Positions 10,687-19,822 of a DNA stretch of 64,000 bases are shown here, in pieces. The DNA is taken from the NCBI GenBank assembly GCA_002713145.1, contig PAVS01000017.1, positions 3,824 to 67,823 of the forward strand. The letters run 5' to 3'. The position numbers and the translations under genes are program-made. The first letter of the stretch is position 1; every line of letters begins with the position of its first letter. The notes below the pieces were generated by a model. The model searched no databases. It had not been told where the DNA came from and saw nothing but the letters and a program-made list of their open reading frames with translations. The stretch is from Halobacteriovoraceae bacterium. Its GTDB lineage: Bacteria > Bdellovibrionota > Bacteriovoracia > Bacteriovoracales > Bacteriovoracaceae.

Positions 10687-11747
10687 TAGGTAATAATTTG
10701 AGTATAACGAGCAAAAAATTTGAGATATTTAGTGGCACTGGTGGAGTGGGAAAAACGACTCTTGCTACTAGCCGCGCTATTGATCTTGCTAATCAAGGGA
10801 TGAGAGTTCTGCTTATTACCATAGCCCCTGCCAAAAGACTTAAAGAGCTAATGGGTCTCAATGATAGCCAAGCCGGAGAGGTCATCACTTTGAATAACCC
10901 TTTTCAAACAGATCAGGATTATTCAATAGATGTACAGCTCATGAATCCTCAAAAAACATTTGAAAGAATTGCGATCGGATCCAAATGCCCTGAAGTTCTT
11001 GATAATCGAATCCTTGAAATTCTCACCCGCCCTTATGGTGGACTCAATGAGATATTGGCTTTAGTAGAACTCAATATGCAAAGTCAGAGCGGCCACTATG
11101 ATACTATCGTTTTAGACACACCTCCGGGGAGTCATTTTTTAGACTTTCTGGATAGTGCCCAGAGAATCAATGTCTTTTTTGACCAATCATTTATAGATAT
11201 TTTTAATGTCGTAGGCAAAAAGCTTGATACGTCATCTTTAAACTTTGGTAAGAGAATCTTCAATAAAATTGTCTCAAGTGGAGTCAAAAAGCTTTTAGGT
11301 TACCTCAATAAAGTGACGGGTGAGAAATTTGTCGAAGAGTTTATAGATGCTATTGTTGCGATTTATAAAACAAAGTCTTCTTTTTTAGATGCTCTTAACT
11401 TAGAAAAAAGACTTAAAAACCAAAAAGAAGCTAATTGGTATCTTGTGACCAGTGTCGAGCAAAGCAAAGTTAAAGAAGCACTCGAGCTCCTTCAACAAAC
11501 AGAAGGTGTCATGAGTGAGCATTCTTACGTTATTATTAATAAATGCCTTGAAGAGACATTAGATAGCTGGGAAATAAGCTCTGAGAGCAAACTTTCAAAC
11601 CTCAAAGAAACACTTATTCAAAAAGAAAAAACTATAAAACATCAATTGAAACCTCATTTTCAAGCAGTTCTAGAATTTCCTGAGATAATAAGTTTATCTC
11701 CTGTTGATCATATAAATGAGCTTGTATTAAATTGGAAAAAAATTTAG
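10683..11747 (+). CDS. ArsA/Get3-like P-loop ATPase, long paralogue
   Basis: P-loop GTGGVGKTT and switch motif VLDTPPGSHFLDFL. Its TTG start overlaps the upstream paralogue's stop by 4 nt, indicating translational coupling. Confidence 0.7.
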   Translation: MIGNNLSITSKKFEIFSGTGGVGKTTLATSRAIDLANQGMRVLLITIAPAKRLKELMGLNDSQAGEVITLNNPFQTDQDYSIDVQLMNPQKTFERIAIGSKCPEVLDNRILEILTRPYGGLNEILALVELNMQSQSGHYDTIVLDTPPGSHFLDFLDSAQRINVFFDQSFIDIFNVVGKKLDTSSLNFGKRIFNKIVSSGVKKLLGYLNKVTGEKFVEEFIDAIVAIYKTKSSFLDALNLEKRLKNQKEANWYLVTSVEQSKVKEALELLQQTEGVMSEHSYVIINKCLEETLDSWEISSESKLSNLKETLIQKEKTIKHQLKPHFQAVLEFPEIISLSPVDHINELVLNWKKI

Positions 11748-11760
11748 GAGATAGAGAAGA

Positions 11761-12804
11761 ATGAAAAATTTTCAAAACACTAACATCATCTCGGCGATAG
11801 GAAATACTCCTATTATCAGACTACAAAGCATAGATAAAGAAGTTGAATCTGAAATCTACGTTAAGCTTGAGTATTTAAACCCTGGTGGGTCTATCAAAGA
11901 TCGTATGGGTGTTTATATGTGCGAAAAAGCTGTTGAAAACGGTGATATTGCACCAGGGGGTACTTTTATTGAATGTACTTCCGGTAATACAGGGGTGGGA
12001 ATTGCTTTATATGCAAATACTCACGGCTATAAATGTATTTTTGTTATGGCCGACAAACAATCAAAAGAAAAAATAGATAGCCTCAAAGCTTTCGGGGCAA
12101 AAGTCATTGTTTGCCCAACCAATGTTGAACCGGAAGACCCAAGAAGTTATTACTCAGTTGCGGCAAGTTTAAAATCTCTCCCCAACTCTTTTCATATCAA
12201 TCAGTATGAAAATATTTATAATTCAGAATGCCACTACCTCCAAACGGCACCTGAAATTTACGAGCAGACAAAGGGTGAATTTGATACATTTATGGCCGCC
12301 GTAGGAACGGGTGGAACGATTTCAGGGATTGGGAAATACTTAAAAGAAAAAATGCCGAAGGTCAAAATTGTAGGTGTTGACTGTAAAGGGTCTATTCTCG
12401 CCCATTATAAAGCGACAGGTGAAATGGGAGAAGCTCATTCCTATGTTCTTGAAGGTATCGGGGAAGACTTTCTCCCTGGTAATGTTCACTTTGATGTCAT
12501 TGATGATTTTGTCGTTGTTGAAGATGAGGAATCATTTCAAATGACGAGACGGTTAGTTAAAGAAGAAGGAGTCTATGCAGGTGGGTCATGTGGAGCTGCT
12601 GTACTTGGTGCCTTGAAGTATGCAAAAAAACTTGATAAGCCTGAGAAAATTCTTCTTGTCCTTCATGATGGAGGCAGTAAGTATGCTTCGAAAATATATA
12701 ATGACGCTTGGATGCTAGAGAAAAATTATCATGTGGACAATTCACAAGATGAAACAGACAAAGCAATATTAGACATAATTAAAGATAACGGGAAATTAGC
12801 ATGA
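11761..12804 (+). CDS. PLP-dependent cystathionine beta-synthase / cysteine synthase family enzyme (no CBS-pair domain)
   Basis: Contains the PLP-lysine motif NPGGSIKDR, plus TSGNTG and VGTGGTISG loops typical of fold-type II CysK/CBS enzymes. Confidence 0.85.
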   Translation: MKNFQNTNIISAIGNTPIIRLQSIDKEVESEIYVKLEYLNPGGSIKDRMGVYMCEKAVENGDIAPGGTFIECTSGNTGVGIALYANTHGYKCIFVMADKQSKEKIDSLKAFGAKVIVCPTNVEPEDPRSYYSVAASLKSLPNSFHINQYENIYNSECHYLQTAPEIYEQTKGEFDTFMAAVGTGGTISGIGKYLKEKMPKVKIVGVDCKGSILAHYKATGEMGEAHSYVLEGIGEDFLPGNVHFDVIDDFVVVEDEESFQMTRRLVKEEGVYAGGSCGAAVLGALKYAKKLDKPEKILLVLHDGGSKYASKIYNDAWMLEKNYHVDNSQDETDKAILDIIKDNGKLA

Positions 12805-13955
12805 AAAATAAGAGCAACAAATTCGCAACCAAAGTCATCCATGCCGGTGGACATCCAGATAAAGAAACAGGAGCGATTATGCCTCCTATTTTTCAAACAT
12901 CGACTTATGTACAAAAGAGCCCTGGAAAACATCAAGGTTATGAATACACTCGAAGCCATAACCCTACACGGACAAGACTAGAAGAAAATTTAGCTGCCCT
13001 TGAAGAAGCCAAATATGCCTTGGTCACAGCTTCCGGGTTAAGCTGCATGAGTCTCATGATGCATGCTCTCCCAGAAGGAAGCACTATCATCAGTGGTGAT
13101 GATGTTTATGGGGGAACTTATAGACTCTTTACAACAGTTTTCAACGAAAGACATCAATACAAATTTATTGATACAACAGACCTTAAATTAGTTGAGAAAC
13201 ATCTTAAAGAAAAACCAGCGATGATTTGGTTAGAAACTCCAACAAATCCATTATTAAAAATTTCTGATATTAAAAAGATTTGTGAACTCGCTAAAAAATA
13301 CAAAGTCATGACTGTTGTTGATAATACGTTTATGTCACCTTACTTCCAAACTCCTCTCGTCTTAGGAGCTGATGTGGTTGTGCATTCACTCACAAAGTAT
13401 ATCAATGGCCACTCTGATGTTGTGGGTGGAGCCATGATGACTAATGATAAAAAGTTTTATGATAAAGTGTGGACCCTACAAAACTCAATTGGCCCTAGTC
13501 AGTCACCTTTTGACTCATGGCTTGTGCTTAGAGGAATTAAAACCCTCGCCGTTCGCATGGAGCAACATCAAAAGAACGCCCTAAAAATTGCGAAGTGGCT
13601 CGAAGAGCATAAAAAAGTCGATAAGGTTATTTATCCCGGGTTGAAATCACATCCCCAACATAAACTTGCAAAAAAGCAAATGAGCGGATTTGGTGGAATG
13701 ATCACTTTCTTCGTGAAGGGCGGTCTCAAAGAATCGAGAAAGTTTCTGGAAACAGTGAAGCTCTTTGCCTTAGCTGAAAGTTTAGGTGGTGTTGAATCCT
13801 TAGTTGATCATCCAGCGATTATGACCCATGCTTCGATTCCTAAGAAAATCAGAGAAGAGTTAGGTATCTTTGATAATCTAATAAGACTTAGTGTTGGAAT
13901 TGAAGACTGTGATGATCTTATAGAAGATCTGGAGAAAGCACTGACCAAAGCTTAA
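12801..13955 (+). CDS. Cystathionine gamma-lyase / gamma-synthase family PLP enzyme
   Basis: Cys/Met-metabolism PLP family: HSLTKYINGHSDVVGG with the PLP lysine, DNTFMSPYFQ, and ESLGGVESL. An ATGA overlap couples it to the upstream gene. Confidence 0.85.
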   Translation: MKNKSNKFATKVIHAGGHPDKETGAIMPPIFQTSTYVQKSPGKHQGYEYTRSHNPTRTRLEENLAALEEAKYALVTASGLSCMSLMMHALPEGSTIISGDDVYGGTYRLFTTVFNERHQYKFIDTTDLKLVEKHLKEKPAMIWLETPTNPLLKISDIKKICELAKKYKVMTVVDNTFMSPYFQTPLVLGADVVVHSLTKYINGHSDVVGGAMMTNDKKFYDKVWTLQNSIGPSQSPFDSWLVLRGIKTLAVRMEQHQKNALKIAKWLEEHKKVDKVIYPGLKSHPQHKLAKKQMSGFGGMITFFVKGGLKESRKFLETVKLFALAESLGGVESLVDHPAIMTHASIPKKIREELGIFDNLIRLSVGIEDCDDLIEDLEKALTKA

Positions 13956-14659
13956 AACTTTGGTCGACTCTCATCTTCTTTTTGATCTGCCTCTTGAGTG
14001 CCCTCTTCTTCAGAAACATCTAGCTTACTAGATTCTGCTTTCTCCTCACTCTTTACTTCCATTTTATGGGGTGAAGACAAATCTTGATGAGAAGACTCTC
14101 TCACTGGGCTTTGTTCTTTTGTTTTTGGCTTGGTTGAAAAAATATTATTTGCTTTCTTAAACTTAGAGAAAAGAACCCCTTCATCTAGGTATTTTTCTAA
14201 TAATAAATAGGTACAATAGGTTTGCCCATGGGCACTTTTTAAATTCTCTCGAGCTCCTTGGGCATAGATAAGGCCATAGTTTTCTAAGTTTTCCTTGAGT
14301 TCCCCCCAGTAAACGCAGAACCTCTGATTATCTTTGCGCTCTCCTTGGCACTCTTCGACTCTTTTATAAAAAGATTCGCTGCCTTTATCTGAAACCTTGA
14401 GGTGAATAGGTTCACGACAAATATCAACCTTCCACGTTTTGTCCAATAACCACTTTAGTTTTAAAAACTTAATCTCAAAAAGACAGCCGTCCTTTTTGAT
14501 ACTTAAATCATTTTTTAAAAGTCCAAAAAAACTTCCACTATTCACTATTTCTGTTTGAAACTTTGCCTCTTTACATTCATTTGAGGTAAAAGTGCTGGCA
14601 TCAGCGAGACTTAATACGCTATATATAAGAATAAAAAAACTAAACCTGAAGCATAACAT
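13952..14659 (-). CDS. Secreted cysteine-containing hypothetical protein with an acidic, disordered C-terminus
   Basis: Signal peptide FFILIYSVLSLADA, 6 Cys in the globular part, and a Ser/Glu/Lys-rich tail. It overlaps the upstream SpoIIE-like gene by 20 nt. Confidence 0.55.
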   Translation of the reverse strand: MLCFRFSFFILIYSVLSLADASTFTSNECKEAKFQTEIVNSGSFFGLLKNDLSIKKDGCLFEIKFLKLKWLLDKTWKVDICREPIHLKVSDKGSESFYKRVEECQGERKDNQRFCVYWGELKENLENYGLIYAQGARENLKSAHGQTYCTYLLLEKYLDEGVLFSKFKKANNIFSTKPKTKEQSPVRESSHQDLSSPHKMEVKSEEKAESSKLDVSEEEGTQEADQKEDESRPKF

Positions 14660-15773
14660 TTTGCTCTACCTCCAAAATTATTGCTGATGCATCTGAATTT
14701 AAAAAACCTTGGTCCGAATCTTTTTTGAGTTGAAAGAAGACCTCGTCTAAAATATCCAACACCTTGACTTTCTTATCACTCACGAGTTGCTCAATCATAA
14801 AATTTGGTGTGAGTTTTTGCCAATTCATCACAAAGCCAGGAGAGCATAGCATAAAGCGCTCCCCTCTCTTCATTTTAAATTCAAAATGTACTTGCTCTGC
14901 ATTCATATGGATTGAATTCTCAGAAGTGAGATTTTTACTCATCTGAGAACTTATAAGTTTAAAGATACCAAAAGCATGACCACTTATTAACATCGTTTTT
15001 GTATCTAAAATGCAAGTCATGACTTGAGCGGTCACATCTTTTTTCTTTGTTTTCGTCAATTCACTCATCTGTGATTGAACTTGGGAGATAAACTCCAACT
15101 CTTCTGCCTTGCCAATAGAAGGCTTGTGCTTTAATTCGGTAAACAACTGTAGGATGGCACTTGAGGCTAAGTACGACGAAGTGTTACTCATCATAATAAA
15201 TACTTTATCCCCAGTTGAAAAAAGGTCAAAAAACTCGCCCCCCATATTTTCACCTGGTGCATATTTTGAGTATATCTTAAAGCCTTGAAATTCTTCTAGG
15301 CGTTTAGGTGCGACTTTTTCATAGGCGTGTTTAACTCTAAAGAGTTGAGACTCAACACCTTCCATCAGCTCTGTTAATTCATGATTCATAGAATAAAGTT
15401 GGGACTTTAAAAAAAGATTATTCTTAATCATGGCATTAATATTATTTAACTGAGTTGTCATAAGTTCTTCAGAGAACTGTGGGCCAACCCAACCTAGAAA
15501 ATTCAAAGGAGGCTTTGTGTTTTGATTTATATCTTGAGTATAAACAAGCACACCAATAGTTTGATTGAGTTTTTCTAAGAGCTCAGGACCCATATCACTC
15601 AATATTTCCTCAGAAACAATCACTAGGTCATCGCTTAAACCAGAAGCCACTTCAAAAGTCGCTAAATCAATTCTTTTACTGCCAGATTCAACTCCTTCAA
15701 GCTGCTCCAACCAGTGAGAAATAGTATCTGTATTGTCCAAAACTATCAATTTTATTCCTTTTAATTCAGGCAC
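14640..15773 (-). CDS. SpoIIE/PP2C-like domain protein with an N-terminal receiver-like region; catalytic residues appear degenerate
   Basis: GGEFFDLF matches the SpoIIE GDFYD motif. The usual DVSGHG and TDG metal-binding motifs read MSNTSSY and CSPGFV instead. Confidence 0.55.
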   Translation of the reverse strand: MPELKGIKLIVLDNTDTISHWLEQLEGVESGSKRIDLATFEVASGLSDDLVIVSEEILSDMGPELLEKLNQTIGVLVYTQDINQNTKPPLNFLGWVGPQFSEELMTTQLNNINAMIKNNLFLKSQLYSMNHELTELMEGVESQLFRVKHAYEKVAPKRLEEFQGFKIYSKYAPGENMGGEFFDLFSTGDKVFIMMSNTSSYLASSAILQLFTELKHKPSIGKAEELEFISQVQSQMSELTKTKKKDVTAQVMTCILDTKTMLISGHAFGIFKLISSQMSKNLTSENSIHMNAEQVHFEFKMKRGERFMLCSPGFVMNWQKLTPNFMIEQLVSDKKVKVLDILDEVFFQLKKDSDQGFLNSDASAIILEVEQNVMLQV

Positions 15774-15838
15774 TTAGCTTACTTAGCCATGAAGACCATT
15801 CTACATTTAAAAATAAGTAAAAACAACCGATCAGTATC

Positions 15839-16615
15839 GTGAAGATAGCTTATCGGAAAAACGAGAGGAATATGGATAAAAAATCATCAGCAAAGATAAT
15901 TAAATTCCCAGAGAAGAAAAAATCATCTGGAACAGAAGCCTCTGTCGTTAATATGGCCCACCGAATTGACCAATTAAAAACTGAAAAGCACCTTATTTGT
16001 GAAATGGCAGCGAGAACGATTTTACAGGCCCTAGACGCAAAAGATAATTATACTTTTAAACATTCCATGCGTGTCTGTTATTTTTCTATGGTCATGGGTC
16101 GAGAATTAAAACTTTCTGATCGAGCTATGTATGACCTACAACTGGCAGCGCTCTTTCATGACATAGGAAAAATTGGAACACCTGATGCTATCTTAAATAA
16201 ACCAGCAAGACTTAATGAGGAAGAGTTTAAGATTATGAAAAACCACCCTCAAAAATCATACGAAATATTGAGTGGGTTTGAAGTTTTTCAAAAAGCGGCT
16301 TTGTACGCTAAACACCATCATGAAAGATATGATGGCCGCGGTTACCCCGATCGCCTCAAAGGGAGCAAAATCCCTCTTTTCTCTAGAATATTACTTATTG
16401 CAGATACTTTTGATGCCATGACTTCCACTCGTGCCTATCGCAAAGGTCTCCCCTATTCAGTTGCCTTTAGAGAACTGATTGAGCTCTCTGGGAGTCAATT
16501 TGATCCAGGACTGGTGAAGCATTTTATTAAAGGAATGAGAAAAGAAGAAAGCAAAAAAGAAAAAGAATTTTTTGTCCCTCTTATGAATCGCTATTTTGAT
16601 AAAAAAGCCGCTTAA
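15839..16615 (+). CDS. HD-GYP domain protein (cyclic-di-GMP phosphodiesterase family)
   Basis: Contains the H..HD motif ALFHDIGK and the HHERYDGRGYP motif. The start may instead be the ATG at 15872, which is preceded by GAGAGGAA. Confidence 0.85.
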   Translation: MKIAYRKNERNMDKKSSAKIIKFPEKKKSSGTEASVVNMAHRIDQLKTEKHLICEMAARTILQALDAKDNYTFKHSMRVCYFSMVMGRELKLSDRAMYDLQLAALFHDIGKIGTPDAILNKPARLNEEEFKIMKNHPQKSYEILSGFEVFQKAALYAKHHHERYDGRGYPDRLKGSKIPLFSRILLIADTFDAMTSTRAYRKGLPYSVAFRELIELSGSQFDPGLVKHFIKGMRKEESKKEKEFFVPLMNRYFDKKAA

Positions 16616-17735
16616 CTTTAGGTAACAACGAGAAATAAAAGAGTCCATACAAGATGATGGCCAGCCAAATCATGGGGCTGCCATTATAAATAGGTAAGCC
16701 TAGAACATAAGCCACCACTAAATAGACGGGAATAAAAAAGTATATAAAGTACAATTTGTGCCCAAGAAAGAATCCCAAACTTTTTCGACCAATATTCGTA
16801 AAAAAAGGAAGAATCACTGGTCTTTCTTTCTTTTCTAAAACGCATGCCAAACAAATAACGCTACTGATAGTAAACCAGACACATAAACTCCCCAGCCTAT
16901 GAAACGCCCAAAAATATTCATGCAGAAATATATCTGCTTTATCAACGGGATATAGGGGAGCCAGATGCATAAAGCTCATGGCGCCTAGAAAACTAAGAGA
17001 ACCTATGAGTTTAAGTTTTTGGATGTCTATCTTGTAATAGATGAGACCAAAGAGATAACCTATAAGCGCTGAGTAAATAAAAACCTCTGCCCTAGCTTCT
17101 AGATCAATAAAGACATTAAAATGTTGGTAAAAATTGACTTGAGCACGCTCAAAAATCTCTCGCCAGGGAGCAAAGAAGTTAACACTGCCAATAAGCAAGG
17201 CCATAATAATGGTGACATATTTCCCACCATAAAAATGACAGGTATTAAAAAAGAAAAGAATCATCATCCACACCATGAGGGCATTAGGAGAAAAGACCTG
17301 GCCAATAGACCTTGAAATCAAAATATTTTCTAGAAAAAAAGCAAAAAACAAAAGAGCAAACCACTTATTATTACGCTTCATCTTCTCTTTGGTTAATTTG
17401 TCGGCTTTCATACCAAGATTAAATAAGGCCAGAGCAATATAGACTTGTGACACCCAAGCGCCAAAGGTTTTCATAAACATATAACTTAAATGATCCATCT
17501 GGAGTTTATTTTGAGCACTTAGATTATAGACAAAGGAAAAGTCTTGAGGAGTGAAGCTATAATGATAATCTAGAAAAAGAAAATTAAAAAAATAATTATA
17601 GTGCTCATACAGAGCTAAGAAAACAAAAAAACCTCTCAAGGTATCGAATGTGACAAGTCTTTTATCTGACAATAAAACCTCGCGCTGGTTTGAAGAGACT
17701 ATGGATGGGAGCTTTATGAATATCAATCGTTTCAA
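16581..17735 (-). CDS. Polytopic membrane protein, DUF1624/acyltransferase-3-like
   Basis: The N-terminal RLVTFDTLRGFFVFLAL resembles the RxxxxDxxRG start of heparan-glucosaminide N-acetyltransferase-like/DUF1624 proteins, and there are about 9 hydrophobic helices. A TTG at 17672 is an alternative start that would overlap the upstream stop by 11 nt. Confidence 0.5.
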   Translation of the reverse strand: MKRLIFIKLPSIVSSNQREVLLSDKRLVTFDTLRGFFVFLALYEHYNYFFNFLFLDYHYSFTPQDFSFVYNLSAQNKLQMDHLSYMFMKTFGAWVSQVYIALALFNLGMKADKLTKEKMKRNNKWFALLFFAFFLENILISRSIGQVFSPNALMVWMMILFFFNTCHFYGGKYVTIIMALLIGSVNFFAPWREIFERAQVNFYQHFNVFIDLEARAEVFIYSALIGYLFGLIYYKIDIQKLKLIGSLSFLGAMSFMHLAPLYPVDKADIFLHEYFWAFHRLGSLCVWFTISSVICLACVLEKKERPVILPFFTNIGRKSLGFFLGHKLYFIYFFIPVYLVVAYVLGLPIYNGSPMIWLAIILYGLFYFSLLPKVKRLFYQNSDS

Positions 17736-19185
17736 GTTTACCAGAAAAATCCCTTAGATTGCTCAAGGTTCTGAGATCAAACAAATCTAAATAAGACTCT
17801 CCTTGTTCCGTTTTTTCAATTCTCTGAAATGAGTTAAAAACAAATGTATCATGGTCACCAATTAAACGTTGAGATGTAAATCCTGCAAACTGTAAACCTT
17901 TAAGGACAATCGCAAGGGGTCTATCATTCCAATGTTCTTGGGCGTAAATAGGGAAATCAAAAACAAATTTTCCCTGCTGTGAAAGCCTCTTCGCCACAAG
18001 TTGATAAAACTCTTTTGTGTAGAGCTTTGATAACTCAAAGCTTGTAGGGTATGGAAAATCCGCTAAAATAAGATCATATTGCTCTTTGTTTGTTTTTAAA
18101 AAATGAATGGCATCGTCAATTATAATACGGGTATTTCCTTCTAATTTTTTTGTATTCACGATTGTATTTAAAAAGGGACCATACTTTGCTGCATCTACTA
18201 TCTTAGCATCTAATTCCACCACAGTAACTCGAGGCTTGGGCTCTAACCTGGATAATTCTCTTGCGACTCCTAAGTCACCTCCACCTAGAATGAGTACATT
18301 TTTAAAATGTTGATTAAAGTATAAATAAGGATAAAGTCCCATTGTTTGATGATAAATGATTTCTGAATGGGAAAAAAATTGAGGTTTATGATTAATGTAC
18401 ATTCCCCATGATCTTTCCTGAGCATAGTGCTGATGAATAGCAGCTGGTACAAAATCAATTTTTTGATAAGGACTTTGTAGACTTAATATCTTCGCTGACT
18501 TTCGACTGTATTCCAGAGCTTGTTTCAGAGTCTTATTCGCGAGATGAAGATAATTTAATTTATAGATATCTTTATGGTTCTCTTTATAAAATTGAATATT
18601 GAACACAAAAAGAGCCGCTAAAATACAAAAAGGAAGTATAAATTTATATATTTTAGTCGAGGAACAAATAAGAAGGAGTATAACAAAAAGAGTATTCATC
18701 AATCCTAAATAATAAAAACTTTTGTATACCTCTATATTTTCTAATCCTATGTAGATGATAAATCCAGCGATTAAGGCTCCCAAATAATTCAAGAACAGTA
18801 CTTTATTTGTTAAATGAGAAAATTCATGCAAATAAAATGGTAATTCAAAGCCAGAAATAAGACCCACGATAAATATGATAACAGAAGCAAATATCGCCCA
18901 ATTCCAATCGTAAAAATTTAATCCAATACTGAGGAGCAGTGGCAAAATAATCAAAATTAAACAAAAAAATGTCTCCATGAATAGAAATAACTTCAGTGGC
19001 TTTTTTAAAAAATGAGCTATAAATGAGCCCAAACCGAGTCCAAGAATAAAGACTGTAGTAATCAAAGTTTGAGCAAAAACCTCCTCTCCAGAAGCGTGGG
19101 CGAAGACCTTGCAAATAAAAGAATAGGTACAAAAAGAAATGCTAGAGCTTAAAACAATGAGGGGTGATATTTTTTTAAATTCCAA
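17662..19185 (-). CDS. Membrane-anchored spermidine-synthase-like (PABS fold) protein
   Basis: The N-terminal ~200 aa are polytopic. The C-terminal methyltransferase-fold motifs are VLILGGGDLGVARELS, VVELDAKIVDAA and DLILADFPYP. The start is a TTG overlapping the upstream gene by 11 nt. Confidence 0.7.
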   Translation of the reverse strand: MEFKKISPLIVLSSSISFCTYSFICKVFAHASGEEVFAQTLITTVFILGLGLGSFIAHFLKKPLKLFLFMETFFCLILIILPLLLSIGLNFYDWNWAIFASVIIFIVGLISGFELPFYLHEFSHLTNKVLFLNYLGALIAGFIIYIGLENIEVYKSFYYLGLMNTLFVILLLICSSTKIYKFILPFCILAALFVFNIQFYKENHKDIYKLNYLHLANKTLKQALEYSRKSAKILSLQSPYQKIDFVPAAIHQHYAQERSWGMYINHKPQFFSHSEIIYHQTMGLYPYLYFNQHFKNVLILGGGDLGVARELSRLEPKPRVTVVELDAKIVDAAKYGPFLNTIVNTKKLEGNTRIIIDDAIHFLKTNKEQYDLILADFPYPTSFELSKLYTKEFYQLVAKRLSQQGKFVFDFPIYAQEHWNDRPLAIVLKGLQFAGFTSQRLIGDHDTFVFNSFQRIEKTEQGESYLDLFDLRTLSNLRDFSGKLETIDIHKAPIHSLFKPARGFIVR

Positions 19186-19801
19186 GATAACCTCTTGCTA
19201 ATAATTGGTTGAAGTCATCAAGGTGAAATAAGATAATTGCAGGAAAAATTAGAAACACAAAGATCCATTTCTTTTTACTCTCATGATAATGAAGGATGAC
19301 GGCCAAAAGAAAATTAAGACCTCCAATAAAGAGTGCTGTTTCCATGAGCCCAAATAACGGAAGAAAAATATAGCCAAACACAAGCCCTGCGAGCCCCATT
19401 CCCAAGTAATCGATACCAAGAGTCTTTAAGGGCTCCTTTGAATGGGCCAAAAACCAAGGAAGTTCTATCCCTGTGAGAAAAGCAATAGTGATTATAAAGA
19501 ACATTAAAAGTGAAAAGCTGATACTCTCATTAAAATTAAAACTCATGACTGGCAATAAAATAATAAAGAGTGACAAACAACTGAGAAGATACTCGACCTT
19601 AAAAAGCTTGATCTTTTTTAGCTTCTGATCATAACACCAAGCACCTATTCCCATAAAAAATATAAAGCAGCTTGTAGTGAGAATATAATGAGTGACGAGA
19701 TCTCCAAATAAGATACTTAGTGTGTGTGAGAGCACAAATTCGTAGCTCATACTCGCAAAAGAAAGTATAAAGATGAATAGGTTCATCATGCTTCTCTTCA
19801 T
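19175..19801 (-). CDS. Polytopic membrane protein resembling the N-terminal membrane module of membrane-bound spermidine synthases
   Basis: 208 aa, about 6-7 hydrophobic helices. MSYEFVLSHTLSILFGD resembles the YE-containing first helix of that module. It overlaps the downstream PABS gene. Confidence 0.55.
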   Translation of the reverse strand: MKRSMMNLFIFILSFASMSYEFVLSHTLSILFGDLVTHYILTTSCFIFFMGIGAWCYDQKLKKIKLFKVEYLLSCLSLFIILLPVMSFNFNESISFSLLMFFIITIAFLTGIELPWFLAHSKEPLKTLGIDYLGMGLAGLVFGYIFLPLFGLMETALFIGGLNFLLAVILHYHESKKKWIFVFLIFPAIILFHLDDFNQLLARGYLGI

Positions 19802-19822
19802 AGAATCCTACTCATTCTGAGA

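Noticed and set aside
19171-19185. A7 tract at the junction of the two spermidine-synthase-like ORFs as a programmed frameshift site
   Set aside because: The upstream ORF's TAA stop is formed by the T plus the first two A of the run. Slippage within the A-tract therefore cannot fuse the frames. Either a split gene or two subunits remains possible, but no slippery-site mechanism is evident.
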